A DNA stretch of 63,392 nucleotides, the filler included, from Octopus bimaculoides (taxonomy: Eukaryota): assembly GCF_001194135.2 (NCBI RefSeq). It is 5 parts of 5 records of this genome, joined end to end, with 100 filler letters (N's around TTAATTAATTAA, not from the genome) between each part and the next. Parts side by side here need not be neighbours in the genome. Positions count along the whole stretch, not along the records: positions 1 to 9,238 come from NC_069008.1; positions 9,339 to 24,863 come from NC_069007.1; 3 more parts are not named here. One strand, given 5' to 3'. The translations under genes were made by a program, and so were the position numbers. Below are positions 1 to 12,302 of this stretch, piece after piece; position 1 is the stretch's first letter; each line of letters opens with the position of its first letter. The notes below the pieces were generated by a model. That model made no database searches, had not been told where the DNA came from, and saw only the letters and a program-made list of their open reading frames with translations.

Positions 1-7
1 ATATATA

Positions 8-43
<36 letters not shown>

Positions 44-55
44 TGTGTCATCCCA

Positions 56-1309
56 TCAGGTCATCCCATAAATTCTGTCCAGTTTTACCTTTTTTAAAAT
101 TGAATGAAATTTAATAGTATTTTAGAATGTCTAATAGAATTAGAAGTATTTTTATGCATTTGTGCATATTTAGACTAATTAAATATTATTTTACAAAATA
201 ATAGAATTAAAATTTCTTTGATTAAAACCCTTTCTAACATGAAAGTATCCAAAGAGCATTTGAGGCACATAATGCTTTATAAGTACAAAAAAGGAAACTC
301 TGCGGCCGAAGAGACTCGACACATACACTCAGTTTATGGGAAAGAATGCTTGAATGAAAGAACTTGCAGAAGATGGTTTGCAAAATTCAGAAGTGGAGAT
401 TTCAGCCTTGAAGATGAAGATCGAACAGGACGTCCAGTTGTGTTTGATGATAAGCTCCTTGGGGCATTACATGGAGAAAATCCTTCATCATCAGTTGAAG
501 AATTGGCAATAAAGCTTAGTTCAAACCATACAACTGCTCATCGTCATCTTCAACAATTTGGAAAGGTTCCTAAACTTGGAAAATAGGTGCCAGTTGACAT
601 CTGCTCTTCTCTCCATTCTCACGAACTCATTTCACTGGTTTTGGATAGACTTGTGACTGGTGACAAAAAATAGATCTTCTATCGAAATGTTAAACGTCGA
701 AAACAGTGGCTTGGTAAAAGGGAAAAAGCTCAACCACACCCGAGAAGGGAGCTTCATGGGGAAAAGGTTCTTCTCTCTATCTGGCAGGATTGGAAAGGAG
801 TAATTAAATTTGAATTGTTACCGCCTAATGCCTCAATCAATGCTCAAGTCTACTGTCAGCAATTAGAGCGTTTGAATCACGCTTTGAAGAAAAAAATCCC
901 GCTTTAGTGTATCAAAAAGGAGTGATGTTTAATCAGAACAATGCGCGACCCCAACACTGCAAAGATCACATCACAGAAGATCAAAGAGCTTGGTGTGGAA
1001 AAAATCCTCATCCACCTTATTCTCCCGACCTTGCTCCTTCAGACTACCATTTGTTTCGTAATTTACAGAATCATTTTGGGGGACATAACTTTCGCAAGCC
1101 AGGAGGAGGTCGAAGCTGACGTTTCAGAGTTCTTCGCTTTGAAGCCAAAAGAGTTTTACATTGACGGGATTAAAAAGCTTGTAAATAGATGGAAGGAAGT
1201 CATAGATAATGAGGGGAAGTACATTGATGATTAAAATTCAATTAAATATAACATTTGATTACTTGTTTTCTTTATTCACAATTCGGACAGAACTTATGGG
1301 ATGACCTGA
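56..1309 (+). mobile_element. Near full-length degenerate mariner (DD34D-type) transposon
   Basis: 25-bp TIRs tcaggtcatcccataaattctgtcc (56-80) and ggacagaacttatgggatgacctga (1285-1309), followed by TA; transposase remnants RTCRRWFAKFRSGDFSLEDEDRTGRP, NNARP, HPPYSPDLAPSDYHLF, with stops and frameshifts. Confidence 0.93.
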
Positions 1310-1511
1310 TATCTGTATAGAGTGTTAGGTGTGATGTACAGAATTGAATATTGAGAAAAACGTCGTCAGAATTTTGGAAAAAATTCCTTTATATCTTCAT
1401 TATTATTAGCGCTTTCGTTCCTCTCTAGAACTTGTCAAATACAATTCTATTTGACAAGTCCTAGAGAGGAACGAAAGCGCTAATTATAATTTCTGACGAC
1501 ATTTTTTCTCA

Positions 1512-1550
<39 letters not shown>

Positions 1551-1650
1551 AGCGCGCGTGTGTATGTGTTTATGTATATTTTATGTATGTATATAAGTTT
1601 TCTTTGCAATGATACTAAAATAAGAATTTAAATAAGAAGATTTTACTAAC

Positions 1651-1817
1651 CTCCACATTGCGAATATTCCAGTATACCTATTTCTTTGCTTTGGTTATTG
1701 CCCAAATCTATATGACACTTGCCCAAGACATTCACATCTCTGTTGTACGTTTTCTTCATAAAATTGACAACGGCAGGCAGGTGACATCCACACATCATGT
1801 TATTGTTCCTAAGATCA
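1651..1817 (-). CDS. Internal exon of a leucine-rich-repeat protein (last LRR plus LRRCT cap)
   Basis: aattacag|T GAT CTT AGG...TGT GGA G|gttagt; 167 nt open; DLRNNNMMCGCHLPAVVNFMKKTYNRDVNVLGKCHIDLGNNQSKEIGILEYSQCG fits the LRRCT pattern DLxxNxxxCxCxL...C...C. Confidence 0.62.
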
Positions 1818-2655
1818 CTGTAATTATAAACAAGACTTTAAATGAATTTGCTTCAGAGTAATAGAGAAACTCCAGCTTATTTTGAAAGTAAACGAAGAGT
1901 ATAGAATTTGAACAGATATATAAAAGTTATGACATTTATGTATTTTGCAAAATGTGTTGCTAACTTCAACACAGGAAAATGGTTTCGAGTGGAAAATGGA
2001 ACAGGTTAAGTTCTTTCTAGCTTATAGAATACGCTTTGGTTAACATAGACTTTTTAGGTTAAGATTTGTAGCAACTTCAAGCGACTCCATTATATACTGA
2101 GTTAGGGACGTTTTGATGCCGGAAATTTAATGGCAGAAATTTAGCGCTCCTATATATGCGTAAAACCGTGTAAGGGAGTTTTGGTATAGAAATACTCAAA
2201 TGGTAATATATAATTTTATATATCAATTTAAATATTTTCTTCTTTAACAAAAGAAGCAACAACAACAACAATATTAATAGTGATAATGCTAAACTAATAA
2301 TGACTTCAAATTTTGGCACAGTGCCGTCAGGTTTTGAGAGGAGGGGGTGGACGATTACACCGACCTCAGTACTTCAATGATGCTTAATCTATCGATCACA
2401 AGCATATGAAAATCGACCTCGGTGGTATTTGAGCTCGGAATATAAAGATGGACGAAATGCCGCTAAGCATTTTGTCCGACATGCTAACGATTTTGGCAGT
2501 TCACCGACTTAATAGTAATAATTCTGTCTACTGTTGGAACATGGCCTGAATTACATCAATTATCTTAAGCTGCCGGGAAGATAGATCAAATCTGAAATCA
2601 CCACGAAGCAAGAATTAAGAATCCGCAAAAGCAATGAAAGAAAGCTGCCTTTTAA

Positions 2656-4606
2656 TGTAGGTCATCGTTGATAGCTCCACAAGACACCGACTAGAAATGT
2701 CGACTCTCAACTCTTTGATTCTCGACCCTCTCTTGACGACCAACTACAGTTCTATGTATAAAGGCTGCTCCTACCACTTTTTACCGGGAAGGGTACACAG
2801 TTTCACTAAACATCTCCCCTTTTAATCATTTTATTTAACAATCCATTTCTTTTATTTACACCACATCCTCCTTTTTTATATATATATACTCAATATCTTT
2901 TCTTCTTAGGGTCTACTTTTAAGAATTCAGTGTTCTTCCTTTTCCTTGTACGTGTTGTTTCGACTTCTTGTAACGGTGTTGGGAACCGAAAATTGTCATA
3001 TTGCTAAACCATCGGTATTTCTACTCCTTTTGTTTCCTTTTCTATGGCGCTTTCCTAAAGCTGATTTCTCTGTCTCCTTTCCATTCTATTTCTACTTCTT
3101 ACACCATACATCATTCTTCCTATATAAGTAACAATTTCTCCTTCCCAGTATTGCTTGCCATTTTTGTACATTCTTGCAATATGCCTTGTCACCGATTTTA
3201 AAGAATTTTGGCAAGTCTTTATTAGCACGTATTTTTTTCTTCACTGGTAACAGTTCATCACATACTGACTTCACCTTTCTGGCAAATATTAATTCTGCTG
3301 GTGAACTTCCTTCTGGTACATTTGGGTTCGGCGTTATCCTGTATAGCCTTAAGAATTGTTGGATCCCGACCTCACCCGTGGGTTCCTTATTAGCTTTCTT
3401 TAAAGCTCTCTAAAAGTGTTCACGAGCCGTTCAACCTTTCCATTCGATCTAGGGTCATACAGTACTATAGTTTTATGTTCTAGAGTGAACATCTCGCAGA
3501 ATCTTTTAAATTCACAGGATACAATTATATCCGATAATCAAATCTTGCGAACAGCTCGTGTAAGAAGTCTATTACCGTATATGAAGGTGGTCGTTTACAC
3601 CTCACGACCTCAGGCCATTTTGTGTAGTTGTCCACTACTATTAAGTCATAATATCCATTTACCGGACCTGCGAAATCGATATGCAGTCGGAACCATGGTA
3701 TTTTCATTTCCAGCCAAGGTTCACATTTTGTAGTAGGTAGTTTCCCTGCCAGAATAATCTGCTGCAGCCTTTTACCAGGTTTTCAACTTCCTTGTCCATG
3801 CTTGGCCAGTATACCAAACTTCGCATCAACGCTTTCATTCTAGAGATGCTGGGTGTCCCAACTTGGAACTCTTTTAGCATTCTCTTCTGTAATGTCTATG
3901 ATGTGACCACCCTCTGAGTATACATTAGTACACCATCACATATAAGGTACACGCTCACATCTTGGCGGTTCTTTGCATCAGAACTTTCTTTATTTCATTT
4001 TAACGACTATAGTCTTCCATAATTTGTCATTTCTCGCATTTCTTTTTATTTCTTCCAAAGTTACTGGTAGTTCACGCACTATGTTCCACATCACTTCTTT
4101 TTGTTTCAGTTCATCGACCTCGTTTGATCGTATGATCGATCTCGTTTGATCGTAATCGCTTATGGGTGTGCCCCATAAATTATATTTTTCCATACATTCC
4201 GCGTCAAATAAATTCATGGACATTTCAGCACATAAACATTCACTTCTTTGGTTCGACCTTTGAACATTATATTACAAACGCGTTCGCCCGTGAAATATAA
4301 TTTTCTTCCAGTAACGCCATACGCTATTTTGTTTGAACTACATAATTTTGGTTTACTCATTTGTTGCCATGTTTTCTCATTCATGATTGTGATGTCACTT
4401 CCCGTGTCTAATCTGCAATAAGCATATCCATTCTAAATCTCTTGCATTCTTTGTTGATTCTGCCTGTGTAAATAGTGACGTCTTCATCTTCGTTGTTTTC
4501 TATGTTTAAATATTTCCATGTAATATTAAACAGTGAGCTCTTTTCACTAAACATTTTGCACAAAATGTCATCTTTGTCGGTGAAATTTATGTCGGACGCT
4601 TTCTTT

Positions 4607-4639
<33 letters not shown>

Positions 4640-5349
4640 GCAATATAAAGTTACTATACTTCTCATGCTCTGCTGTCCCTACTTTTCTTAAAACTAGACG
4701 CGTTTACATTTCGTCCGTCTAATCCTGACATTCTTTTTCCAAAATTTGTTCAAATCTTCGAAAGTAAGTCTCGAAAGTTACTCCTTCTTCGGGGTCATAT
4801 CTGAATTCCCTTATGGAATTTTCTACATGGTCAGGCGAAAATATATTCTCCGGCTTAGTTACCAACTTCATTAGCTGTAACGTTTGTTGCCGCAATGCTT
4901 ATTGTTGTTCTCGTTGTTCCTTGAATTGTTGTTGTTGCTGTTTTTGCAACTCCGTCACCCATCTAACAAGTCTTCCATATTTTACGATTTTCATAAAATT
5001 ACACAAGAGGATTTATGTTTCTTTTTTTGTCGAGGTATTTAATTTCCACGTGAATTACTTTAAATTCTCCATGTGATTGTTTTCTCCCCGTCGTCACTGT
5101 TGTAAAGTGGGTTCTTCCAACTGGTTTGATGTGAGACTGCTGTTGTACTATAGTTGTTGTTTTACGCTAGTAGCCACAATTGTAACTAGTTATCGGATAC
5201 CATTGTATCTCTTCGCACCGGTGTAATAATACACTAACTTCTTCTGTTTTACTATTGCTAATAGCTCCAGAAGACAGACTAGAACTGTCCACTCGCCACC
5301 TTATCTTTACCGGTTATTGGTCTATATATAATGGGTGTCTCCTACGACA
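2656..5349 (-). mobile_element. Degenerate Ty3/Gypsy (Mag/K02A2.6-like) LTR element lacking RT/RNase H
   Basis: PBS-like TGGCTACTAG (5176-5167); gag FRYDPEEGVTFETYFRRFEQ (~4810-4750); protease LDTGSDITI (~4410); integrase PWFRLHIDFAGPVNGYYDLIVVDNYTKWPEV (3707-3525); purine tract next to TGT at ~2865. Confidence 0.85.
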
Positions 5350-5987
5350 TTTTACCAGGACGGTATACATATTTACTATACAACACACACACACATATAT
5401 ATAAAGAAATAGCTTCCCTCAAATATACCGCTACAGCAACAAGTGCCTGAAAATGTAAACAGATGGACTGCAACATCTCTTTATGAAAGCTGCAAAAGTG
5501 TGAGTAAAATATTAATCGCATATGCATCCATCGATATCTATGCTGGTCGTCTATATTTATGAACATTGTTTTTTTTCTCGCTCACTCGTTTATACATCAA
5601 TAATGATTATAAATACAAAATAAACATCAGCACATGTCAAAAGGTGGTGTTCTGTCAAAAAGTAAGCGCTGTAAAGGCGGACGAAAGCCAATCAACAAAA
5701 ATATAAAGAGCGATAGACCTATAAATATGAATACTATGAAATGGTTGATTAATGATTTCCACACTCTGCTATGCAACACCAAAAAGCACACGAGGAAAAC
5801 CTCATACAGTAAATATAATACCGCACGAATAGCAAACAGCATGGACGTGCGACAGCGAGCTCCCGGGAAGACAGATCAAATCCGAAACCATCACGAAGCA
5901 AGAATTAAGAATTCGGAAAAGCAATGAAAGAAGACTATGTTTTGATATAAGCCGTCTCAGGAAACCGAAAGATTTTTCGTATATGGA

Positions 5988-6051
<64 letters not shown>

Positions 6052-6789
6052 CTACTTTCAGATACGCCGCTACAACAATAAATGCGTGAAAATGTAAAGA
6101 CATGGACTGATATACCTCTATACCAAACCTGTAATCCTGTGATTAAAATTTTAAAATTTTAATTACATATGATGCGATATCTATACAAGTTGAATATATA
6201 CATATATATATAGATTGGTGTTTCTTCTCGATCTCTCGCATATAGATCAATAATTAATCAATAATAATTCTGAATACGAAAGAAACATCAACAAATGTCC
6301 ATGGGCGGTGTTCTGTCAAAAGGTAAACGCTCTAAAGACTCACCCATAACAAAACCAACCATAAAAAGGAAGAAAAGAACGATAGAGAGATAACCATGAA
6401 TCCCATGAAATGGTTGATTTATGATTTACGTACAGTACTATGCAACACTCCTCCAAACTCATACAGAGAAGCCCGATGCCCAACAGAAGAACACAACCAG
6501 CGTTGCACAAACAACACACAATACACAACTAATACAACAAACGACTCAAACCAAACCACATAACGAACATACTGATGCAATGCAACATTATCTCGGAACA
6601 AAACGAAGCACACACACACACCTCATCAGCACAAAACGTGCAGCAAGTAATGCAATAGAAAGTTACTTGAAACTATCAAATGTTGAAAAGTAATGGTGGT
6701 GATGACGATGTTGACGAATGCCACCTTACCTCAGTTTATAAGATACAGGAGTTTGCGAAGAAACTCTGGTTGTGCCAGCCAAAAAATCA

Positions 6790-7680
6790 GGCTAGACCTT
6801 TAAAGGAAGGCCTCTCGTTCGGAAATGGTTTAGTAAAGATGCAGACTGACCACAGCTGTTATTCTAAGAGAACATCAGCAGATAATAGAGTAAAGAGGAA
6901 GACGTGGACCAGCAAAGAAAACAGGATAGTGAGGCAGTGCTACTTAGAAAGTGAACCTAAAAAAGGATCTATAGAAAACATGGTAAGACATTGGAGAGAG
7001 TAGATATGTTTAAAGTGACTGACCAGAGATTAGTTCATCGAGCTAATACTATTAGGAGAAGAAAGTGGATGACAGAATTGGAGGTAGATCACAAGAGAAC
7101 TGGAAAAGAAAGACCAGGCAGGAGTAAAGACAAACAACAACCTAAGAGATACAGTTCAAACCATAGAACCTAAAGGAAAACAAATAATAAAGGCGCTGCC
7201 AATAAGGAAGAGATAACTGGTACCAACGTCTTAAGTGATTTAAGTGAGGAAGATCGGAAGATTTTAGATGAGTTGCAGGAAATAATGAGGAAAGCTAGGA
7301 TTTCAACGGTCTGATAAATGATATGAACATGAACCTAATAAAGTACTAGAACGTAAAAAAATACGAGATGTTGTGGGACTTGGGCATTCAAACTGACAGC
7401 GCAATAGAAGCTAGAAGGCCTGATTTGGTAGTAGTAGATAAAGAGAATAGAAAGTGCCAGATAACTGACATCACGGTCCAAAACGATGAAAAATTTAATA
7501 TAAGAGATATAGAAAAAATAGCAAAGTACCAGGACCTAGCTAGTGAATTACAGGGACTATGGAAAGTTCAGGTAAAATGTATCCCAGTAGTTATAGGTGC
7601 ATTAGGAGTCATCCCTAAAGATCTGAATATATGGATAGAGTAAATAGGCATAAAACCCAGTTTAGTACAGATGCAAAAAA
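6790..7680 (+). mobile_element. Internally deleted R4/Dong-like non-LTR retrotransposon (N-terminal region joined to restriction-like endonuclease)
   Basis: RKTWTSKENRIVRQCYLESEPKK...QRLVHRANTIRRRKWMTELE, then LWDLGIQTD...RRPDLVVVDKENRKCQITDITV...KIAKYQDL...IPVVIGALG (REL PD..D..K motif). Confidence 0.8.
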
Positions 7681-8215
7681 TGAAGCTGGACCTTTAAGCG
7701 AAGGCCTCTCGCTCGGCAATGGTTCAGTAAAGATGCAGACTGACTACAGCAGTTACTCTAAGACAGCATCAGCAGATAATAGAGTAAGGAGGAGTATCAA
7801 AACAGATAATAGAGTAAGGAGGAGTATCAAAACAGATAATAGAGTAAGTGACTGAGCATAGATTAGTAGATCAAGCTAATACTATTAGGAGACGAAAGTG
7901 GATGACAGAATTGGAGGTAGAAGAGATCACAAGAGAACTAATCTCTGCTCAGTCACTTTAAATATAACCTTCTCTACCCAAAGTGTTAACATCCGTTTTC
8001 TATAGACTCTTTTTTTAGGTTTACTTTCTAAATAGCACTGAATCGTTATCCTGTTTCGCTTCTCCACTATTAGAAGAAAGTGGATGGCAGAGATCACAAG
8101 AGAACTGGAAAAGAAGACCTGGCAGTATGAAAGACAAACAATAACACAAGAAATACAACTCAAAACGAAGGGGAATCTAAAGGAAAAATAAAATAATAGC
8201 GCTATGAATAAGGCA
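7681..8215 (+). mobile_element. Rearranged second copy of the R4-like 5' region
   Basis: Repeats 6790-7200 sequence; contains a 30-bp tandem duplication (~7780-7850) and an inverted segment (~7940-8065). Confidence 0.75.
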
Positions 8216-8255
8216 GCGTGTATATGAATATAACAACCACAACAACAACAACAAC

Positions 8256-8310
<55 letters not shown>

Positions 8311-8312
<2 letters not shown>

Positions 8313-8790
8313 CGTCCTGATGCAGTACCAGGCACTGGCTCTCATGGTTTCTGATCTTAAATGATTGGAAGTGTCATCATATATATGTTTTGTCTTGGTA
8401 TAAAAAATGGGTTGCAGCAATATTCTGCTCAATACCAAAGATTTGCCTTAAATAGCTGAGTATGTCCCTTAGTGGCTGACGAAATGTGCATCTCTGATCA
8501 TTAGCAGCAGTAGTGGGGAAGCATCATAACCATGTATTGCGAGGAATTATTTGGGGTTTGTATAATTTACCTCTGGAAGCATTCTTAACCTTCATTCAGG
8601 AAACTTTTGAGCGGGTTGAGCTATTCGACATGAATAAAATTCTGAATTTGGCCCCCACCTGCAAGGTCATGCTCTATTTATTTTGATATGAGATCATCAA
8701 GTCGCGCATATATTGTTGTGATACATGTGCCCGGTGTATCCTCATCCGACGAGTAGTCTTGGTGAATATACTGAGCTGCTCTCTAACTCA
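8311..8790 (+). repeat. Interspersed repeat, probably a retroelement 3' region, bounded by (AAT)n
   Basis: Non-coding block between two (AAT)n tracts, ending ctctaactc-(aat)n; family not identified. Confidence 0.4.
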
Positions 8791-8799
8791 ATAATAATA

Positions 8800-8874
<75 letters not shown>

Positions 8875-8876
8875 GA

Positions 8877-9238
8877 ATAATAAAAATAAAATAGACACTA
8901 CTGCAGCACCAACAGCAGAAGAGCTGGAAGAATTCTGGAAACAAATATGGTCGGTGAAGCAACAACCCCAGAAAAGGACCATTAAAACAACGAACTTAGC
9001 ACCGGAGCAACTCTGGACCCCTATAACAACTGAAGAGGTCACCCAGACACTGCAAAGACTAAGCAACTGGAAGGCACCTGGGCACGACAAGATCCACAAC
9101 TTCTGGTTAAAACACCTGACAGGAGTGCATAAAAAGCTGGCAGAAAACTTTAACAACATACTAGCAGAGCCAGAGACAATGCCTGAATGGCTCACGAAAG
9201 GGAAAACCATCTTAATTCCCAAATCCACGGAAACGGAG
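8877..9238 (+). mobile_element. R4/Dong-like LINE RT N-terminal fragment
   Basis: EELEEFWKQIWS...ITTEEVTQTLQRLSNWKAPGHDKIHNFWLKHL...MPEWLTKGKTILIPK; starts directly after an (AAT)n tract and ends in a gap. Confidence 0.88.
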
Positions 9239-9338
9239 NNNNNNNNNNNNNNNNNNNNNNNNNNNNNNNNNNNNNNNNNNNNTTAATTAATTAANNNNNN
9301 NNNNNNNNNNNNNNNNNNNNNNNNNNNNNNNNNNNNNN

Positions 9339-9500
9339 GAGCATTATCCTGATGGAAGAACACCTTTTGTCTTGAAACCAAAGATGGTCGTTTTTCTTCT
9401 AGCGCTGACTTAAGCCACTCAAGCTGCTCCCAGTAGACCTCCCTTGTTATCATTTGGTTTGGGTTTAAAAGTTAAAAGTGAACTAAACCTTTCATGTCCC
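9339..9500 (-). mobile_element. Mariner transposase fragment
   Basis: WDMKGLVHF*LLNPNQMITREVYWEQLEWLKSALEEKRPSLVSRQKVFFHQDNA. Confidence 0.85.
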
Positions 9501-10057
9501 GAATCTATCAGGAAAACTAAGATCCCTAACAATATAGGTTCTATGGTCATAGAGGCAGGCAAGCTGTCACACCGTGATATTTTATGGGACAGAGCCCTAT
9601 TTTATGGGACAGAGACATAGTTATACATAAGACACACTAAAGGAGGTTCAGACATTCACCAAGGAATAACTCTCGATTAAAAAGTTGAAGAAAATCAGAG
9701 AGACAGCTTTGTAGGAGGAAACTCCACAGATCCCCAATTGACATAGAGATCAAATGAAGAGAGTAGCACTGGATTGGATACACCATCACAAGACACCGTC
9801 CTGGGGTCACAAACTAGTCCCTTAGATAGAACCACCAGAGGAAAAAGAGAGAAGGGGCAGGGCACTCCTTGCAACGTGATCTGGAGAATGAAGTAAGATC
9901 TAGATGGAGTTGAGCCAATTGGATAGAAGGCCTAGGACAAGAATAAGGGAAGGGAAGCCGCCCTAGGAGGGGTTAAGAGCCTGGGCAAGTGACGGCCCAC
10001 ATGGTTGTGGTTACATCAATTTGTTTAATGTTTATCGTACAGAAAATCAATATTTAC

Positions 10058-10162
10058 CTTTGTTATTGGGACCAAAAGGCTCAGTTTGAAAGTAACTATG
10101 GCTCGGGTAAGAAGAACCATAAATACAACAAGGGCAGCATTTTCAAAGTCGGTCAACTGAAG
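10058..10162 (-). CDS. GCLC: GCLC-like exon (equivalent to exon 12)
   Basis: ttccag|CTT CAG TTG...ACA AAG|gtaaat; 105 nt; LQLTDFENAALVVFMVLLTRAIVTFKLSLLVPITK vs human [35 protein letters not shown]. Confidence 0.95.
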
Positions 10163-10201
10163 CTGGAAATATAGAAAATATACATACATACATGCATATA
10201 C

Positions 10202-10246
<45 letters not shown>

Positions 10247-11047
10247 CATATATATGGTTGTTATTATAATTATTATATCATATATATTTTTTATTATATT
10301 TATATATGTATTTTATTATATCATATATTTTATATATAAATAATATATATATGTATATATATATATATATATATATNNNNNNNNNNNNNNNNNNNNNNNN
10401 NNNNNNNNNNNNNNNNNNNNNNNNNNNNNNNNNNNNNNNNNNNNNNNNNNNNNNNNNNNNNNNNNNNNNNNNNNNNNNNNNNNNNNNNNNNNNNNNNNNN
10501 NNNNNNNNNNNNNNNNNNNNNNNNNNNNNNNNNNNNNNNNNNNNNNNNNNNNNNNNNNNNNNNNNNNNNNNNNNNNNNNNNNNNNNNNNNNNNNNNNNNN
10601 NNNNNNNNNNNNNNNNNNNNNNNNNNNNNNNNNNNNNNNNNNNNNNNNNNNNNNNNNNNNNNNNNNNNNNNNNNNNNNNNNNNNNNNNNNNNNNNNNNNN
10701 NNNNNNNNNNNNNNNNNNNNNNNNNNNNNNNNNNNNNNNNNNNNNNNNNNNNNNNNNNNNNNNNNNNNNNNNNNNNNNNNNNNNNNNNNNNNNNNNNNNN
10801 NNNNNNNNNNNNNNNNNNNNNNNNNNNNNNNNNNNNNNNNNNNNNNNNNNNNNNNNNNNNNNNNNNNNNNNNNNNNNNNNNNNNNNNNNNNNNNNNNNNN
10901 NNNNNNNNNNNNNNNNNNNNNNNNNNNNNNNNNNNNNNNNNNNNNNNNNNNNNNNNNNNNNNNNNNNNNNNNNNNNNNNNNNNNNNNNNNNNNNNNNNNN
11001 NNNNNNNNNNNNNNNNNNNNNNNNNNNNNNNNNNNNNNNNNNNNNNN

Positions 11048-11110
11048 GGCTCGGGTAAGAAGAACCATAAATACAACAAGGGCAGCATTTTCAAAGTCGG
11101 TCAACTGAAG
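11048..11110 (-). other. Second, gap-truncated copy of the exon-12-like sequence
   Basis: Identical by eye to the 5' part of exon 10058-10162, with its acceptor and adjacent intron microsatellite; runs into the N-gap at 11047. Confidence 0.85.
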
Positions 11111-11149
11111 CTGGAAATATAGAAAATATACATACATACATGCATATAC

Positions 11150-11194
<45 letters not shown>

Positions 11195-11623
11195 CATACA
11201 CATACACACACATGCACGCACGCAGGCACACACATGTATATAAACAAATAAAAAGAAGAAGAAAAAGAAAATTCTTTAACACATCTTTAATGATGCATTA
11301 CAATTGTTTCTGTACCAGTTCTACGTGCAACACCAGTTTACGCAAAAATTCGAAGTGAAAAATTCACGTTATGTTTGCGGTTTTAGACATTAGAGAGGCA
11401 CTTGATAAGACTTGCATCAAAAGTGTGCTAGGATGAGAATTCAAATACAGGTAGTGATATTAATATACAGGTGGTGATTTTGATATGGGCATTGGTATTA
11501 ATATACGTGAGTTATGTGTATACATCGGTAGTTATATGAATACAGTGATATTGAAGTGGAGGTAATGATATCACGACGAATGGAAACATCAATGTTTCAC
11601 GTGTGATGTTATAAAATAGGTGA

Positions 11624-11830
11624 TGGTGACGAGCTGGCAGAATCGTTAGCACACCAGGCAAAACACTTAGCGGAATTTTGTAAGTGTGTACGTTCTGAGT
11701 TCAAATTCTACCGAGGTCAATTTTGCTTTTCATTTCTTTCAGGGTCGATGAAATAAGTACCTGTTGATCACTGGGGTTGATGTAATCGACTACCCCTGCC
11801 CTAAAAATTTTAGACCTTGTGCTTGTAACA
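11624..11830 (+). mobile_element. tRNA-derived SINE, family 3 (gagctggcagaatcgttagc head)
   Basis: B box gagttcaaattc and body gaggtcga-ctttgcctttcatcc-ggggtcgat-aagtacc; copies near 2310-2515(-), 30480-30630(-), 41565-41760(-), 44799-44941(+), 49420-49610(-), 56240-56360(-), 59260-59440(-). Confidence 0.78.
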
Positions 11831-12302
11831 GAAAGTATGTTATATCATGGATGGGGGAGATATTAAGATGGGAAATGTGGCAGACAGAACTGTCATGTGT
11901 GGTGTGTGTGTGTGTGGGGGGGGGGCTTGTGTTTGTGCTTGCCTTTACACCTTAGAAACTGTTGCTGGTGTTTATGGAGATCAAGAAATAAATTCTAGAA
12001 TTAAAAAAATAAGTTCTAGAGTTGATATGATTGATTGAATCTTTAAAATTGTTTCTTCTAGCATGGCTGCTGTCCGATGGTTCAAACAAGTCGAAGAATA
12101 TATCAAACTGCACCAAATTCCACTTACAAAGTATCAATCAACCCAATGTAATTAGAAAATATTCTTGCAAGGAGTCTTGCAGTGAGATTGAACTCATAAC
12201 CATGCTGATATGAAGCCTACACCAAAAAGCTATGTCTGCACCTATATACAATGAAGCATACGGAAATATCTTTTACGGAGACAGTCTCTAGTAAAATGTT
12301 AC

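Noticed and set aside
9283-9294. TTAATTAATTAA inside N-runs (also near 24908, 43449 and 60877)
   Set aside because: Identical six-frame-stop spacer embedded in gaps; an assembly join tag, not biological sequence.
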